Positions 26,061-29,004 of a stretch of 29,004 bases of DNA are shown here, one piece after another (positions within the stretch are counted from its first letter, which is position 1; every line of letters begins with the position of its first letter). A program made the position numbers and the translations under genes. The notes under the pieces are model-generated. The model did not search any database and had not been told where the DNA came from. It worked only from the letters and a program-made list of their open reading frames with translations. Source of the DNA: a virus (taxonomy: Duplodnaviria; Caudoviricetes); IMG/VR virus record IMGVR_UViG_3300020045_002658, positions 1 through 29,004 of that record, one strand, 5' to 3'.

Positions 26061-28406
26061 ATGCCGTTACCTAATCAACTACTCACAGCTAAACAAAAAG
26101 CTAAAAGAAACCAAGATACTGGACTTACTAATATAGAGGAAACAATTGTTCACCATATAGATAGTTCAGGTTGGAAAGCTGAATACGATGAAGTTAATAA
26201 ACTATTTGCCGCAGTAGAAGGTATTATAGATTATAAAGAATACCAAGCTATATATGGTTCTACTAACCAAGATAATGGCGCTAGCCAAGACTTTATGTAT
26301 AAAGCTAAACTAGTTAATTACAATATTCTTATGGGTATTGTTAAATTACTACTTGGAGAGTTTGGTACACGTTCTCATGAATATGAAGTTGTTAACTTAA
26401 ACCCTAATGATGATATAGCTCGTCAGCAGGGTTTAACTATGTTACTTAAAGAGTATCATAAAAAGAAAGTTCTTATGGACTTTCAAAAGATAACAGGTTT
26501 AATGCCTACAGAAGAACAACCTTTACCTGAATTACAAACTGTTGTAGATAACTTTAATACTACTTTTAATGATGCTACATTAATAAAAGGACAAGAAGCT
26601 TTAGATTTTATTAGATTCTATTGTGATATTGATCATAAAATTATTGATGCTTATTATGATTGGATTGTAACAGGTGGCGCTTTTACATATAAAGATGTTC
26701 TTAATGGTGAAGTTGTATACGAACATGTACCTAGAAACGAACTCTTTGTTATTAATATGAAACCTGGCTCTTCTTTAGTAGAAGAAGCCGATGTTCATAT
26801 TAGACGTAGAATAATGTCTCCTTATCAAATCCTAGAGATGTTACAAGAGGATTTAGAAGAAGACCAAATTAAAGCTTTTGAAGCTGAAGTTAATAATGGT
26901 TATAATGAGTACAATCAACAATATGTAACTACTGGTAGAAATGGTGTAATGAACTCTCAATCTAATTACGTTAATTCTACTATTCCTATGATTAGTTATA
27001 CTAACGGATTAGAGGTATTTCATGTTGTCTACACTACTTATAAAGATGTATATATTTTGACTTATTTAGATGAGTTTGGTATGACACAAGAAAGAGAAGT
27101 TACAGATGAATATGAATTACAATCTGACTTAGGAGATATAGGTATATCTCAAGAGTGGTACACTTGTAAATATCAAGGTTATAAAGTACTAGATTATTTC
27201 TTTAAATGTGGAGAGGTTCCTTTTGATCGTTCTGATGTAGATTCTAAAGGTAATCTAAAATCTTGTTATAATGGTATCATTGCTCGTACTAGAATAGGAG
27301 AAATTAATTCTATCGTAAAAGAAGGTTTAGTTTATCAAAGAACTATTAATGTTCTTAAGTTTAGTACAGAGAAGCTTATTAATAAAAATAAAGATAAAGT
27401 TCTTGTTATGCCATACGGATTAGTACCTAGAAGTAAAGGTATTAGTACTGCTAAACAAGCTTACCATATGGAAGCTACTTCTGTATTATGGATTGATGAA
27501 GCTGCTCCTAATGCGGCTTTTGCTTCTCAAATGATTAAGTCTATTGATATGTCTTTGAATGGTATTATAGCTGAAATTAGTAACTTAATTGTACAAACTA
27601 AAAATGAATATTGGGAAGCTATTGGTATGAATGCTCAAAGATATTCTGATGTAAGTCAATATGCAGGTAAAGCTACTACAGAACAGGCAATTGTTCGTAG
27701 TGCTATTATTACTTATGAACTTACTCGTGCATTTGATAAGATGCTAGAGAAGGATTATCAAGGGTTATTAGATATATCTAAAATAGCTTGGATTGATGGA
27801 ATTAAAGAAGCTTATATATATAGTGATAGTTCTCGTGGTGTATTTGAAATGAATGTTGATGATGCTAATTATCATGCGTCTTCTAATTATAATGTATTTG
27901 TAAAAGATGCTACTACTAATACTAGAGGTATCGAAGCTATGAGAAGTTTTGCAGGTGCTATGATTCAAAATGGTGCCAGCGCTTCTGCTGTTAGTAAAAT
28001 GTATACTACTAATAGTACTTCTAAGGTTAGTGTACTTCTTGAAAAAATGGAACAAGCACAGCAAGCTATTGAAGAACAAAAAGCTCAAGCTGACCATGAA
28101 AGACAAATGCAATTACAAGAACTTCAACAAGAACTTCAACAAGCTCAAACAGAGTTAAAACAATATGAAATTGATAGTAGATTAGAAGGTGTTAAATATA
28201 CTGCTGATATGCAATATCAAGGAAAAGAATTAACTGTTGATGGAACTTTGCCCATAGAAGAAGATACTTCGTTTGATGAGCAACTTCAAACTAGAGAAGC
28301 TAATAGAAAGGATAAAATGGATAACCATACTATTAAAAAAGATAATAAAGAACTAACTCTTAAAGAGAAAGCTTTAAAACAAAAGAAAGTAACAAGTAAT
28401 AACTAA
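26061..28406 (+). CDS. Portal protein
   Basis: 781 aa immediately after terL. N-terminal 'LPNQLL..K.K', 'KLVNYNIL...V..LLGE', and a long Gln-rich C-terminal coiled coil, as in crAss-like portals. Confidence 0.85.
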   Translation: MPLPNQLLTAKQKAKRNQDTGLTNIEETIVHHIDSSGWKAEYDEVNKLFAAVEGIIDYKEYQAIYGSTNQDNGASQDFMYKAKLVNYNILMGIVKLLLGEFGTRSHEYEVVNLNPNDDIARQQGLTMLLKEYHKKKVLMDFQKITGLMPTEEQPLPELQTVVDNFNTTFNDATLIKGQEALDFIRFYCDIDHKIIDAYYDWIVTGGAFTYKDVLNGEVVYEHVPRNELFVINMKPGSSLVEEADVHIRRRIMSPYQILEMLQEDLEEDQIKAFEAEVNNGYNEYNQQYVTTGRNGVMNSQSNYVNSTIPMISYTNGLEVFHVVYTTYKDVYILTYLDEFGMTQEREVTDEYELQSDLGDIGISQEWYTCKYQGYKVLDYFFKCGEVPFDRSDVDSKGNLKSCYNGIIARTRIGEINSIVKEGLVYQRTINVLKFSTEKLINKNKDKVLVMPYGLVPRSKGISTAKQAYHMEATSVLWIDEAAPNAAFASQMIKSIDMSLNGIIAEISNLIVQTKNEYWEAIGMNAQRYSDVSQYAGKATTEQAIVRSAIITYELTRAFDKMLEKDYQGLLDISKIAWIDGIKEAYIYSDSSRGVFEMNVDDANYHASSNYNVFVKDATTNTRGIEAMRSFAGAMIQNGASASAVSKMYTTNSTSKVSVLLEKMEQAQQAIEEQKAQADHERQMQLQELQQELQQAQTELKQYEIDSRLEGVKYTADMQYQGKELTVDGTLPIEEDTSFDEQLQTREANRKDKMDNHTIKKDNKELTLKEKALKQKKVTSNN

Positions 28407-28418
28407 ATTTAATATACT

Positions 28419-29004
28419 ATGCCAGACGATGTTATAAACAAACCTAATGATAATATAAGTTCATTAGATGATGTAAGTTTAGAAGGAGTTCATAATCCTG
28501 AAGAGATAATCCCGAATAACCCTTCTCCTACGGGCAATCCCGCTGCTGCAAACCCTGCACCTACAAAGCCTATAGAAGATGATCCTAACAAAGCAACTTC
28601 ACCAGCACCTGCTGATGATAAACCAGATGATACTATTGATAACTTTAGTATTAAAACCTTTGATGACTTAACAAAGTTATTAACTTCTAAGACTTCTGAT
28701 CAACTATCAGAAGAAGAAAATAACGAATTATCTGATATAGTAGATGCTTTTGGTGGTACTGGTTTTAATGATAAAGGTGAGATTGTAGATGCTAACAATG
28801 AAGTTATCTTTACTGCTGACCAACTTAAAACTTATTTAGAAACTAATGAATTACCTGTTGATGAAGCTGGTAATTTTGTGGATGCTAAAAGTGTTATCTT
28901 TAATTCACAATTACTTGATGCTCAATTTAAGAAAACAGTTAAGATAAATAGTAAGAATCCTGTTGGACGTGAAGGTATGTTTACTAATACTGGTACTAGA
29001 ATAG
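28419..29004 (+). CDS. 5' part of an acidic, Pro/Asp-rich protein, probably capsid scaffold-like; last 121 nt are terL-derived
   Basis: ATG at 28419 reads MPDDVINKPNDNISSLDD and stays open to the window end. Position after the portal matches the gene preceding the major capsid protein in crAss-like phages. Confidence 0.65.
   Translation, partial: MPDDVINKPNDNISSLDDVSLEGVHNPEEIIPNNPSPTGNPAAANPAPTKPIEDDPNKATSPAPADDKPDDTIDNFSIKTFDDLTKLLTSKTSDQLSEEENNELSDIVDAFGGTGFNDKGEIVDANNEVIFTADQLKTYLETNELPVDEAGNFVDAKSVIFNSQLLDAQFKKTVKINSKNPVGREGMFTNTGTRI
28884..29004 (+). repeat. Exact 121-bp direct copy of 25040..25160 (terL internal)
   Basis: GCTAAAAGTGTTATC...GGTACTAGAATAG is identical at both loci. Confidence 0.95.

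Noticed and set aside
297-28158. Antisense or out-of-frame ORFs in the track (e.g. 297..728, 2379..2669, 10174..10464, 16109..16453, 19452..19730, 20779..21075, 22975..23160, 23835..24059, 27768..28112, 27970..28158)
   Set aside because: They overlap well-supported genes and have shadow-like composition.
1-29004. Genome-wide stop-codon reassignment as in some crAss-like phages
   Set aside because: PolA, the helicases, TerL and the portal are full length in the standard code, and TAG ends several genes at sensible boundaries.

Overview
AT-rich 29 kb fragment of a tailed dsDNA phage with Crassvirales (crAss-like) gene content and order, probably infecting a Bacteroidota host. Host evidence is a TTTG-N20-TAnnTTTG promoter, A-rich leaders lacking Shine-Dalgarno sites, and a Bacteroidota-style outer-membrane protein. 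The minus strand from 1 to about 10.4 kb is a replication module: 5' end of a probable primase, SSB-like protein, RecT-like annealase, DnaB-like SF4 helicase, SF2 helicase, family A DNA polymerase and Dda/RecD-like SF1B helicase. From about 10.4 to 19.7 kb (minus) lie small genes, including a GroES-like co-chaperonin and a beta-barrel OMP, interleaved with several long, highly structured non-coding blocks. The best candidate for a new system is a roughly 600-750 nt ornate multistem ncRNA at 13.3-14.1 kb. The strand switch (19.7-20.6 kb) has mirror-image base-skewed tracts, iteron-like TATATATAGTAATA repeats and a 27-bp-arm inverted-repeat element with a second, compact copy at 15.2 kb. The plus strand from 20.6 kb carries the packaging/structural module: HU/IHF-like protein, putative TerS, PD-(D/E)XK nuclease, degenerate HAD phosphatase, TerL, portal and the start of an acidic scaffold-like protein. 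The last 121 bp exactly duplicate part of terL and are probably an assembly chimera. All calls are from motif recognition by eye; no searches or folding were run.
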